A program made the position numbers and the translations under genes. Below, one piece after another: positions 51,040 to 60,900 of a DNA stretch of 64,000 nt. Position 1 is the stretch's first letter. Every line of letters begins with the position of its first letter. A model generated the notes under the pieces. That model worked only from the letters and a program-made list of their open reading frames with translations. It was not told where the DNA came from and made no database searches. The stretch is from contig JBBQFN010000002.1 of assembly GCA_038321985.1 (NCBI GenBank), positions 32,001-96,000 of the forward strand, given 5' to 3'. This DNA is from Cyanophyceae cyanobacterium. GTDB taxonomy: Bacteria; Cyanobacteriota; Cyanobacteriia; Cyanobacteriales; Laspinemataceae.

Positions 51040-51798
51040 CTATAACTTAACCCGCTGATTAATTTGCTGCCGCATCTCCGGGGTAATAATATCTGGTCCA
51101 ATCCCCGGATTAACCAGGGGAACCTTGATAAAACTGATATCATCTTCTCCCATAAACTTGCGGTCATTATTAGTATCTTGAACCACTTTCAGTAATAACA
51201 CCCGTAACGGTTTATCTATTTGCCAGAATACCAATTGAGTGTTATCTGGCGTCACCTGGTTGAGATTTTTCCCTGAAGCATCAGCGATGTAGCCAATCAC
51301 GGCATCCTGGCGATCGCGATTTCCATCTTGATTTGTATCTTTAGGAATCACTTCTACAAAAACAAACTGATTTTTAATCGGTTCCCCCGCTTCATTTTCT
51401 TCATTAATGAGTTGAAACGAAGAAATTAATGTATTTTCGCTTAGGAGTAAATGTGATTCTCCCGTGCGCCGATTATGAAAAATTAAATTATAAATCGTCA
51501 TCAGACTCATGCGATCGTAGGCAGAATCTCGATAAACATCCGGAGAAAATAGACTTTTTGCGCTTTTTTCATCGCCCTCAAACCCAACCGGAATCATAAA
51601 ATAGTCCGATTGTTCAGGAAAAATTAATTCCCCATAAAAAATAGGCGGTTCGGTATCACTGGCGTTGGCAGTTGTGAGAGGGCTTTTGCGGTTCAGGGTT
51701 CCGGTACAAGCTAAAGATAGGACACATAGCAAGGAGGCGATCGCATACCGTCTCCAAGGTCGTATCGCCGTGGTTTTGAGGAATTGATGACCGTTCAT
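51040..51798 (-). CDS. Putative lipoprotein with DxNxD Ca-binding loops
   Basis: Lipobox-like SLAC; DTNQDGNRD and DTNNDRKF loops. Confidence 0.65.
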   Translation of the reverse strand: MNGHQFLKTTAIRPWRRYAIASLLCVLSLACTGTLNRKSPLTTANASDTEPPIFYGELIFPEQSDYFMIPVGFEGDEKSAKSLFSPDVYRDSAYDRMSLMTIYNLIFHNRRTGESHLLLSENTLISSFQLINEENEAGEPIKNQFVFVEVIPKDTNQDGNRDRQDAVIGYIADASGKNLNQVTPDNTQLVFWQIDKPLRVLLLKVVQDTNNDRKFMGEDDISFIKVPLVNPGIGPDIITPEMRQQINQRVKL

Positions 51799-52019
51799 TT
51801 ATGTATGCCTCGACATCAAATAAGGTGTTTTAGGGCGTCGGTATCGGATGAGATTCAGGGGACCAGAAACCCGGTTTCTGTCCTAACTTGATGCTAATTC
51901 CCCTAATCTTGAGCCAGAAATACGGTTTCTAACCTTTATTGTACCCACGTTTTAGGATGATGCTACAACCCGAGTCATAGGTTTTCCAGTTATCCTCATT
52001 GATGTCTGGGGGGAATTCC

Positions 52020-52577
52020 TTATAAACCCACAGATTTTGCCATAAAAATATCCGGTTTCCCTTTACCATTGGCATCGGGCATGACGCTGACGATTTCAAA
52101 CCCACACTTTTGATAAAATTCATAGGGATGACCTCGCAAATTTTGAATGGTGCGAATTTTTTCCCATAGATTAGAATAAAGATTGACCCCGGAAAGACTG
52201 GTCATATTCGTTTCATCATCGGTCCCCAACCAGAGGGTTAATGCACCGCGTTGTCTGACTTGTTCTTCTAAATCTTGCAGCAGGGTTCTGCCAATTCCTT
52301 GGCGGCGATAATCCTCCGCCACCACCAGGGGATGAACTTCCCAAACCTGGCCGTTATATTGAGAGATTCCGCCCACCCATCCTAAGAGTTGACCGGCCTG
52401 ATTGATGGCAACTCGGTTAATTCTATCCTCGGCGAATGAATCCAAAACTTCTTGTCTTGCAGCCTCGATTGTGGGCCATGATTCCGGCCAGTTTTCTCGG
52501 AACCCTTCCACAAGTAATTGAATCAAGGGTTCGAGTAAGATATCTCGGTGTTCGTTCAAGTTAAGCATATCAAGCAT
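52020..52577 (-). CDS. GNAT acetyltransferase, AAC(6')-Ia-like
   Basis: GWVGG...WEVHPLVV...RRQGIG...LGTDDE..TSLS...HPYEFYQKCG...PDANG.GKPDI.MAK. Confidence 0.82.
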   Translation of the reverse strand: MLDMLNLNEHRDILLEPLIQLLVEGFRENWPESWPTIEAARQEVLDSFAEDRINRVAINQAGQLLGWVGGISQYNGQVWEVHPLVVAEDYRRQGIGRTLLQDLEEQVRQRGALTLWLGTDDETNMTSLSGVNLYSNLWEKIRTIQNLRGHPYEFYQKCGFEIVSVMPDANGKGKPDIFMAKSVGL

Positions 52578-52584
52578 AAGGTGA

Positions 52585-53136
52585 TTATCGGTGATGGCTA
52601 ATTAATTTAGATAAAATTCTAGCAATATTCCAAGCATCATCATGTCCTCGATGGTGAGTTCCTTCTAAAGGCAAATTCAGTCGTTCTAATGCCTCTGCCA
52701 TCCCCACTTCTTTTTCTAAAGCGTACATCACCGAAAACAGAGTTTTTACATTAATGTGACGATTACTAAAGGGATAGCGAACCCCTTGTTTTTGGCATTG
52801 GATTTCAAATTGCCGTTTATCAAATTCGCCATAACTGGCCCAAATTCTTTGGTAGGAAATATATTTATTTCTGAGAATTGAGCAAGCTTTGCCCAAGGAT
52901 ACGCCCTGATTCACTTGTTCCTGAGTTAAGGTGGTGAGTTGGGTGCAAAATCCGCTGACTTGGGACTGTTTGGGTTTGACTAAGATACTTTCTTTTTCCA
53001 ATAATTCACCGGAGGCAATATTGAGAGGACAAATTCCCACCTCGATAATTTCTCGTTCTTGATTGGGAGGTGGGTCTTTTTCCCAACAGGTGGCTTCGAT
53101 GTCAACTACTATAATTTGATCCAGCCTGATTGCCAT
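52585..53136 (-). CDS. DEDDh 3'-5' exonuclease (KapD/ERI-1-like)
   Basis: VVDIEATCW, EIIEVG, SYGEFD, GTHHRGHDDA. Confidence 0.88.
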   Translation of the reverse strand: MAIRLDQIIVVDIEATCWEKDPPPNQEREIIEVGICPLNIASGELLEKESILVKPKQSQVSGFCTQLTTLTQEQVNQGVSLGKACSILRNKYISYQRIWASYGEFDKRQFEIQCQKQGVRYPFSNRHINVKTLFSVMYALEKEVGMAEALERLNLPLEGTHHRGHDDAWNIARILSKLISHHR

Positions 53137-53352
53137 ATTTGAATAATTTGAAGGAGGGGGTAGGGTGTCGGTAGAAAAGGGGGAAGAAAAACCGGGTTTC
53201 TTGACAAGATTTGTGGCAATATGTAACCCAGTTGGTAGAGAAACCCGGTTTTGGGGGTGTGAATTTTAAATTTATACTGGCGGGAGAACGACAGCAAGTC
53301 GTTACTACCAACCTAAGAAGAACGACTGGCAGAGTTTTTCCTTGTCTTGAAG

Positions 53353-54726
53353 TTAAACGACCCGAAATTTTTCGACGACGCGATCGAGTTGGACGGAATG
53401 AGAGGCTTTAAAGAGAATGCGATCGCCTTTTTTAACCCAATCTTTGACGCGCTGGACGAGGTGCTCATGGGCATTAGACTGTTCAATATCAATAATTTCT
53501 ATAAACGGTAAACCTTTAGCACCCTTTGCCATTGCTTCGGCTTCTGGAGCATCTGCAAAGATAAACAATCCATCCAAATTTAAGAATTTAGCAACCGTGC
53601 CGATGCGCTGATGAAATTCCAGCGATCGCTCGCCTAATTCTTTCATCGTACCGAGTACCGCAATTTGGCGTTTTCCTTTAGTTTTAGATAGCATTTGTAG
53701 CGCCGCTGTCATTGATTCTAACCCGGCATTATAGGTTTCATCTAAAATAACAATATCGTTTGCTAATTCATATCGTCGCGCTCTTCCCTCGGGTAATTCA
53801 ACGTCTAAACCCGATTTGAGGGGTTCCCAACTCACATTAAGCAGTTTGGCTACGGCTAATGCAGCTAAATAGTTAAGGGCATTATGTTCCCCAGGAAGCG
53901 GCACTGGGAAGGTGATGCCTTCGACTTCTAAAAACTCATCGTCTATTAAGGTTCCCTGCAAGTCTCCCCCGGTTAAACCATAAGTGAGAGTTTTGCCTTG
54001 CCATACCTTGGCAGCAGTTTCCATTAACCGGGAATTGTCGTAATTAAGCACGGCAGTGCCAGAGGGTGACATTTTTTCTAATAATTCACATTTAGCCGAG
54101 GCGATCGCCTCTTCAGAACCCAAGCGTTCAATATGAGCGGTACCGACATTGGTAATTACCGCGATCGTAGGGGCGGCAATTTCTGCTAAAAGGGCAATTT
54201 CCCCTTTTCCTCGCATCGCCATTTCAATCACAGCATAATCATGGTCTGAGGTCAAATTTAAAAGAGTTTTGGGAACCCCTATTTCGTTGTTATAATTCAG
54301 TTCGGTTTTGAGAACCGAACCTTGGGTGTTCAAAACTGCCGAGATTAATTCCTTAGTCGTAGTTTTACCGACGGATCCCGTAATGCCAATGAGGGGAATG
54401 TCAAACTGAGTGCGCCACCACTGGGCGATCGCCTGATACGCTGCCAAAGTATCGGGGACAACTAAGAGGGGCCAATCTGGGTTCGGGCTGGAGTAGTCGC
54501 AGTCCACAATAGCCGTAATCGCCCCCTTCTCGAATGCAGTCCCAATAAACTGATGTCCATCAAATTGTGTTCCCCGTAGAGCTACAAATACCTCCCTGGG
54601 CCTTAACTGGCGCGTATCCGTAATAATACCGAGAGCCTGTTTTGAGTAGAATTCCTCCGCGAGGGGGTAAGCGGGGGTCGCATTCAATAGGGACAGCAGT
54701 TGAGCAAGGTTCACAAAACAAGACAT
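53353..54726 (-). CDS. murF: UDP-N-acetylmuramoyl-tripeptide--D-Ala-D-Ala ligase
   Basis: ITGSVGKTTTKE, NNEIGVP, DETYNA, LGTMKELG, FKASHS. Confidence 0.95.
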   Translation of the reverse strand: MSCFVNLAQLLSLLNATPAYPLAEEFYSKQALGIITDTRQLRPREVFVALRGTQFDGHQFIGTAFEKGAITAIVDCDYSSPNPDWPLLVVPDTLAAYQAIAQWWRTQFDIPLIGITGSVGKTTTKELISAVLNTQGSVLKTELNYNNEIGVPKTLLNLTSDHDYAVIEMAMRGKGEIALLAEIAAPTIAVITNVGTAHIERLGSEEAIASAKCELLEKMSPSGTAVLNYDNSRLMETAAKVWQGKTLTYGLTGGDLQGTLIDDEFLEVEGITFPVPLPGEHNALNYLAALAVAKLLNVSWEPLKSGLDVELPEGRARRYELANDIVILDETYNAGLESMTAALQMLSKTKGKRQIAVLGTMKELGERSLEFHQRIGTVAKFLNLDGLFIFADAPEAEAMAKGAKGLPFIEIIDIEQSNAHEHLVQRVKDWVKKGDRILFKASHSVQLDRVVEKFRVV

Positions 54727-55221
54727 GGTGCCAGGGCTTGAATTTAATAAAAGTTAATGATACCATTCCTGAATGCCCGCACCAACTGAGGCGATCGCCT
54801 TGCTCCAACCCGGCGACATGACATATCATAAACGTGTTTTTACTGTCAAGCGAGATGCCTCTTTATTAAAAATCCGTGAATCCCCCCTGGCATCTTCACA
54901 AATTTTTTACGATACTGGATGGTTGAGGCGATCTACCTAGGTTACTCTAATAGATAGAGAACCTATGCATCAGGGACAGCTCAGATCCATTCAAAAGCCC
55001 CCAGAGGCCAACCCACTCTTTTAGAGAGTTTTATTGATCCAGGGTGAACCTAGGGGCCAGAGACTGAGCCGAATCTGTTTGATAGTCATTAAGAAAGCGG
55101 ATTAAATATAAATTATCCATCAAGGTGTGGCAATATTCCACTTGGAAAGATTGTGTATTATTGAAAACGCTCACTCTGGGAAGTTGAATCAAGCCAAACA
55201 TCTGGGCAGGGGGAAAGTAAA

Positions 55222-56508
55222 GTGAATCATCAAACGGATCCTTACAACCGAAAAACAAGCCAGGAGGAGCAGCTACTATACGATCACCTCCTCGATCTGG
55301 TGAAAGCGGAGCCACCGTCCGAGATGATCTCGCGCTTTCAAAGCCTATTTATTGAAGGCCGGGATTACCCAGAAACTGAGATTTCAGGGGCGTTAGGTCG
55401 GATGCTCACCTATAAGGGGATGGAGCAAGATTTTAAGTTTATTCTGAACAGATGTTGCCACATCTTGGTGAATCGCTGGCAAATGCACAGCCAAACTCAA
55501 GACGCGATACCGGAGTTGGTAGCACTGTTTGACGTGCCTGGGGGAAGCTACAATCCCTACAGTCGCTCCCGAAGTGGTAAACAGTTGCACGAGTTGGTGA
55601 AAGAGTTTACCACAACGGATCAGTATCTGACCCTGCGACGGTTGTCCAAAGTCGTACAGCACAGTTCGGAAAGCAGCCCACCCAAAGAGCATCGGCCCCT
55701 GGGGACCTTTATCGATCGCTATCCTTACCTGTACTCCCATTGCCTGCTGAGTGAAGATAGCAGCTACGAACATCAGCAAACCGTGCGAAAAATTCAAGCG
55801 CAACGGCAACGGCAATTTGAAATTAACTTATCTCAATATGTCACCTATCAAGTCCGGCGATCGCAGGTGCGACGGATTGGGAATGTCAATGCTGCCCGAA
55901 ACCTCTCGGTGATTGCCAATCCTACTTTACTCAGCGATCGCGAGCTTTATTATGCCCTCAAAGATTATGTGGGCAAAGCAGAAGGAGGTTGCACTTACCG
56001 GGATTTAGCGCAGAGCTTCATCACCCATAGCAGTCAGACTCCGAACTATGGAGAATTTAAAGCAGATTTATACGACTATCTGATTGGCTCCATCGACCCC
56101 GAATATGGCAAACGCCAATTTAATGACAAATTATGTAAGCATTTAAGGGCGACGCTTCCCCAGAGTGATTCTCAGAAACTCAGCGATTTTCTGATGGTCA
56201 GGACTTGCAGCCAACTCCTTAACTTCTTAGTAGTTGAAAGTTCCCAAAAACCTACCCATTTCCTCTTTCTAGACGTAGTTTCCAATATTGGACCGACCCG
56301 CACGACAGGGATGCTGCTAAAAATCGTCCTGCTCTGTCGAAAGGTTAAACCCTATTTAGAAAAGCGCCTTTCTATCTTGTTTAACCACTATGAAAATTCT
56401 AACAACGATACCATAATTTGGCTTGTTAAAATGTTAGAAAATATCAATGTGGCCTTAAGTACACATTTTGGAGCGCTTGACCTTTCTTTCATGAGCCAAA
56501 TTGCTTAA
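55222..56508 (+). CDS. Conserved hypothetical protein (428 aa)
   Basis: Long clean ORF from a GTG start; FILNRCCHIL.N.W and RYPYLY.H.L motifs; no recognised catalytic motif. Confidence 0.75.
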   Translation: MNHQTDPYNRKTSQEEQLLYDHLLDLVKAEPPSEMISRFQSLFIEGRDYPETEISGALGRMLTYKGMEQDFKFILNRCCHILVNRWQMHSQTQDAIPELVALFDVPGGSYNPYSRSRSGKQLHELVKEFTTTDQYLTLRRLSKVVQHSSESSPPKEHRPLGTFIDRYPYLYSHCLLSEDSSYEHQQTVRKIQAQRQRQFEINLSQYVTYQVRRSQVRRIGNVNAARNLSVIANPTLLSDRELYYALKDYVGKAEGGCTYRDLAQSFITHSSQTPNYGEFKADLYDYLIGSIDPEYGKRQFNDKLCKHLRATLPQSDSQKLSDFLMVRTCSQLLNFLVVESSQKPTHFLFLDVVSNIGPTRTTGMLLKIVLLCRKVKPYLEKRLSILFNHYENSNNDTIIWLVKMLENINVALSTHFGALDLSFMSQIA

Positions 56509-56666
56509 AAGATGGTATAAAAGGGGACAATGTAATTAACAAAAAGGGGAAAGGAACGGCTTCTACCGCCAACCTTTAGGCGTTCCCCCTCGATTTCATC
56601 TCCCCGTCTCGGGTCGGTCTGCACTAGGATTGGTAGTGTAGCTCAATTAAGGATAGCCCCCCTTTT

Positions 56667-58199
56667 ATGACTCACGGAGGTGCCAACGAGCACGAGGAGC
56701 AAATCCCCGATTTCAGCAATTCCCCCCTACCCCGGACAGATTTTCCTAATTTAGATGGAGAAATGGACGAGGCGATTTTGTCGTTTGCAGATATTCAGGC
56801 GGACCTGAACTATAAACAAGCCAAAGACGCCCTGCGGGAGTTAGTGGCGAATTTGGACCTGACCCCGGAAGAAAGAGCGGGTCTGGATCCAGAAATTGAG
56901 GGACTCAGTACCATGCTGGATAAACTGGAACGGACGGTTGTGCAAATCGCCGTGTTTGGCATGGTGGGACGGGGCAAATCTTCGATTTTGAATGCCTTGT
57001 TGGGGCAGAATGTCTTTGAAACTGGCCCGATTCATGGGGTAACCCGTACGTCTCAGGGCGTGAATTGGCGAGTCGAGAAATCGCCCCTGGATGGCGGAGA
57101 GGGCAACATTACCCAACTCACCCTTTCTGGAGTCGGACAGTCTCAAATCGAGCTAATTGACACCCCGGGGATTGACGAAGTAGATGGCGAAACCCGGGAA
57201 ATTTTAGCGCAACAGGTGGCATCTCGTGCCGACTTGATTTTATTTGCAGTGGCTGGGGATATCACCCAGGTGGAATATGAAGCCCTGTCCCAGTTGCGGG
57301 ATGCCGGGAAACCGATGTTGCTGATTTTTAACAAAATTGACCAATATCCCGACGCCGATCGCGAGGCGGTTTATCGCAAAATCCGCGATGAGCGCGTGCG
57401 AGAACTGCTCTCCCCGGATGAAATTGTCATGGCAGCAGCAGCCCCCTTAGTGGCCCAAGCCGCACCCCGTAGCGATGGCACGATGGCGGTGCAGATGAAA
57501 CGGGGTTTACCTCAAGTCGAGGAATTAAAATTAAAAATTCTGGAAATTTTAGACCGGGAAGGTAAATCTTTGGTCGCGCTCAATACCTTACTTTATGCCG
57601 GGGATGTGAATGAACAATTGGTTGAGCGCAAGATGCAGATTCGAGACAAGAGTGCCAACCGATTGATTTGGAATGCCGTGATTACAAAAGCCGTGGCGAT
57701 CGCCCTGAATCCCATTACCGCGATCGATATCCTCAGCGGGGCGGTGATTGATGTTGCCACGATTTTGACCTTATCGAAGCTCTATGGCATCCCCATGACC
57801 CAAGCGGGTGCCATCAATCTGCTCAAAAAAATTGCCCTAAGTATGGGCGGAATTAGTGCCAGCGAACTACTCGCTAACCTCGGGTTATCTTCCCTCAAAG
57901 GATTGTTGGGATTAGCGGCACCGGCTACTGGGGGGGCATCTTTAGTTCCCTATCTGTCAGTTGCCATTACCCAAGCCGGTGTCGCTGGGTTTTCATCCTA
58001 CGCCATTGGTCAAGTCACCAAAACCTACCTTGCTAATGGGGCTTCTTGGGGACCGGATGGCCCAAAAGCTGTGGTGACCCGCATCATTAATTCCCTAGAT
58101 GAAACCACCATTATGGGTCGGATTAAGGAAGAACTCCAAGAGAAACTTCTAAAAGTGAGACAAAGGGGAAAAAATCAAGGCTCAAGTGAGGTAGGCTAA
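56667..58199 (+). CDS. Era-like GTP-binding protein with DUF697/YcjF C-terminal domain
   Basis: G1 GMVGRGKSS, G3 DTPG, G4 NKID; hydrophobic C-terminal domain. Confidence 0.87.
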   Translation: MTHGGANEHEEQIPDFSNSPLPRTDFPNLDGEMDEAILSFADIQADLNYKQAKDALRELVANLDLTPEERAGLDPEIEGLSTMLDKLERTVVQIAVFGMVGRGKSSILNALLGQNVFETGPIHGVTRTSQGVNWRVEKSPLDGGEGNITQLTLSGVGQSQIELIDTPGIDEVDGETREILAQQVASRADLILFAVAGDITQVEYEALSQLRDAGKPMLLIFNKIDQYPDADREAVYRKIRDERVRELLSPDEIVMAAAAPLVAQAAPRSDGTMAVQMKRGLPQVEELKLKILEILDREGKSLVALNTLLYAGDVNEQLVERKMQIRDKSANRLIWNAVITKAVAIALNPITAIDILSGAVIDVATILTLSKLYGIPMTQAGAINLLKKIALSMGGISASELLANLGLSSLKGLLGLAAPATGGASLVPYLSVAITQAGVAGFSSYAIGQVTKTYLANGASWGPDGPKAVVTRIINSLDETTIMGRIKEELQEKLLKVRQRGKNQGSSEVG

Positions 58200-58286
58200 A
58201 ACTTTTTTATCAGGGCTTTACCCTGAAGAACCCAATATTTCTCACTTAAAGAAAGATACTTAAATCAGGGTACTTTACCCGTTTCG

Positions 58287-59987
58287 TTATTTTTCTTGTC
58301 GTTGTTTGAAATCATTGCGCCATTCTCGCAACTGCTCCGAGGCCACCTCTCGTCCCCCTAACCCAAAAGCTAAGGCAATGCCAACGGCGACTGCACCAAA
58401 CAGCAATCCAAATGCCAAGTTAACAATATGAGGTGCAATCCCCATTTGTTGGAGTGCCATCGCACCGGCGAGGGCAATAATCGCAATTCGAGCCGCTTGA
58501 GCCAGCAGTTGCGATTGGGAGCCTCGGGAACCGGAAATGACATGGTAAGCCAGGTTTGCCAAGTAAAGGCCAATGCCAAAGACAATCAAACCGACGAGAA
58601 CCTGACCGGCAATCACCAGTAGACCCTGCATAATCACCGTGAGGGCTGCCAATTGCAGGACTTCCGTCGCTGCCACGGCCCCAAAGAGCATAATGCCCAC
58701 CCACGTGACAATCCCGACAATTTCTGCCGGAGTTCTAGTGGGAGTGGAAGAGAAAGAAGAAGGTTGAACCACGGTCTGTTGACCCGATCGCATATCCGGT
58801 GCGTCTGCCGGTGGGGGTGGGGGAGGATTACCGCTCGGGGTTGTGGGTAGACCCAGCCAGGAGAAGATATTGTTAAAGCCGATGCTGCGCAGAATCCGGA
58901 TGATAATATCCGAGGCGAACTTAGCGATCGCATAAAATAACGCCAAAATTAGCCCTGCGGTCAAAATCAGGGGAATGGCGAATAAGATTTGGGACAGCAT
59001 GGCGATCGCCGGAACGGAGATCGCAGCGATTTCCAACGCATTTAACGCGGCGATCGCAGTTGGAATCAAAATCAAGACATAGACAATTGTCCCAATCAGT
59101 TGAGACAGAGACATCCCGTCTTGAGTCCGGGACAGTCCCAATCGAGCACCTAGGCGATCGGTTCCCGTAGCAGCCAGCAGGTTCGTGACAATGTCGCGAA
59201 CGATCCGGGCCACAAACCAACCGACAACCCCAATAATCAGGGCCGTCAGAATTTTGGGCACTGCCGACAGAAAGTCATTAACTAAGTTCTGTACAGGCAG
59301 CACATTTAATTCTAAGACAATCAGAATCTGGGGCAGAAAGAACAGAAAGATAAACCAGTATAAGGCATTGCCGAGGGTTTCATTGAGTAAAAACCGGCTT
59401 TCCCCATCGGTCTGTCCCGATTGTTCTGCAAACCTTTCATCTAATCGAAACGGTGCTAAACCTCGGGTCAGCAAGAGTTTGGCCAGGGTTGCCAATGCCC
59501 AGGCCACACCCAACAGAACTGCAGCACCGCCAATCTTCGGTAGGTATGCAAAAATCTGTTCTAAGAACCGATTCAGGGGTTGGGAAACCACCTCCAGGTT
59601 TAGGGCCTGTAGAAAGGCGACCAAGACAAAAATCATGATCAGCCAGTAGACCGTATTCGAGATCCACTTTTCCGTAGGAGGCAGGGGTTCTCCCGGTGCT
59701 CGTCCCATGACGGCACTGGCAACCCGGTTGTCCAAATTTGTGCTGTTCAGGGCCTTTTTAAGCAGCAGTGCCACAACCGAGGCGACTAGCCAGCCACCGA
59801 TTAAAATGGCGAGCGCTCCTAATAAGCTAGGCAGGAATGACCCCAGTTGTATCAACAGGGCTTGAATAAATCCTGTAATGTTCCCCAAAGCAAAGCCAGA
59901 CGCGAATCCTGGTTCCTGAGCCAGCAGAGCTTCAGGGCTTAAACTTCCCCGCGCCATTGCTGATATTCCGTGCAAAATTCCATCCAT
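58287..59987 (-). CDS. Mechanosensitive-channel TM-helix repeat protein (CmpX-like)
   Basis: Repeated (Y/F)LP.I..A..I...GW..A TM hairpins; C-terminal ALAFGLGGRE.A. Confidence 0.82.
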   Translation of the reverse strand: MDGILHGISAMARGSLSPEALLAQEPGFASGFALGNITGFIQALLIQLGSFLPSLLGALAILIGGWLVASVVALLLKKALNSTNLDNRVASAVMGRAPGEPLPPTEKWISNTVYWLIMIFVLVAFLQALNLEVVSQPLNRFLEQIFAYLPKIGGAAVLLGVAWALATLAKLLLTRGLAPFRLDERFAEQSGQTDGESRFLLNETLGNALYWFIFLFFLPQILIVLELNVLPVQNLVNDFLSAVPKILTALIIGVVGWFVARIVRDIVTNLLAATGTDRLGARLGLSRTQDGMSLSQLIGTIVYVLILIPTAIAALNALEIAAISVPAIAMLSQILFAIPLILTAGLILALFYAIAKFASDIIIRILRSIGFNNIFSWLGLPTTPSGNPPPPPPADAPDMRSGQQTVVQPSSFSSTPTRTPAEIVGIVTWVGIMLFGAVAATEVLQLAALTVIMQGLLVIAGQVLVGLIVFGIGLYLANLAYHVISGSRGSQSQLLAQAARIAIIALAGAMALQQMGIAPHIVNLAFGLLFGAVAVGIALAFGLGGREVASEQLREWRNDFKQRQEK

Positions 59988-60325
59988 AAGGTGATTTGAG
60001 TGTACTTTCGATATGACGGTTCAACAGACTCTATCATCGAGTAAATGCTAATTAGTGCATTTGCCCCTATCCTACAGGGCTATGCATCTTTTGCTGTAGT
60101 CTATGGCATAGTTTGCGTTTTTTCAAACTCTCACCGGAGGCTGATCAAACGCTTTCTGCTTCAATTGTTCCTAACTAAAATTTAGATTAAGGACGATTGG
60201 GCCCAAAATATTAGAACTGTAGTGATTTGTAACAATTCTGTCCCAGTCTGGGGTAAGGGTCGGCTCCCTTCTGCCGCCGATTCACCCCTCAAAGCACTCT
60301 CTTAGAAGAGAGGGATTCCCTTTTT

Positions 60326-60356
60326 AATGTAGATTTTTGTAACAACTTGTCATAAT
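60326..60356 (+). promoter_or_regulatory. HLR1-like (RpaB) direct repeat and extended -10 box upstream of the SRPBCC gene
   Basis: Minus strand GTTACAAA-AA-TCTACATT (60343-60326); TGtCATAAT at 60348-60356. A weaker copy lies at 60216-60233. Confidence 0.45.
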
Positions 60357-60362
60357 TCAATC

Positions 60363-60818
60363 ATGTCATCTCAAGTCTTTGAACAGTCCATTCAAATTCA
60401 GGCCAGCCCTACCGTGGTTGATCACTGCATCACGGATCAGGTATTAATGCACCAGTGGTTAAACCCCGCCTTGCGCTGCGAACCCATTGGCGAATGGGAT
60501 ACCCAGGTGGGGAGTCGTAGTCGTTTTATCGTCAATATTCCCCTGTTGCAACCGAGTTTAAATTGTGTTGTGCAACAGCGAGAACCGGGGTTGATTGTGT
60601 GGGAGTTTCAGGGATTTTTTCAGGGTTGCGATCGCTGGGATTGTCAAAGCGACGGCACCCAGACTCGACTCCTTAACCGCTTTGAATTTGAGATTCCCAA
60701 CCGGGCAGTCGCCTGGGGCTTCAATCTGTTTGCAGCCACCTGGACCCGCAAAGATATGCAGGCCCAACTCCGTCGGCTTAAAGACCTTGCTGAAGAAATC
60801 GCACCCAAAATTACCTGA
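60363..60818 (+). CDS. SRPBCC/polyketide cyclase family protein
   Basis: FEQSIQI.A....V...I.D...M..WLNP, VWEFQGFFQGCDRW, C-terminal helix LRRLK..AE. Confidence 0.8.
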   Translation: MSSQVFEQSIQIQASPTVVDHCITDQVLMHQWLNPALRCEPIGEWDTQVGSRSRFIVNIPLLQPSLNCVVQQREPGLIVWEFQGFFQGCDRWDCQSDGTQTRLLNRFEFEIPNRAVAWGFNLFAATWTRKDMQAQLRRLKDLAEEIAPKIT

Positions 60819-60900
60819 CTTTAAATCCGGTAAAAATTGCTGACAAATCTTGACAAATTTGATGTTATATGTTTTAAAAATGATAGAAACTAAAGTGGCT

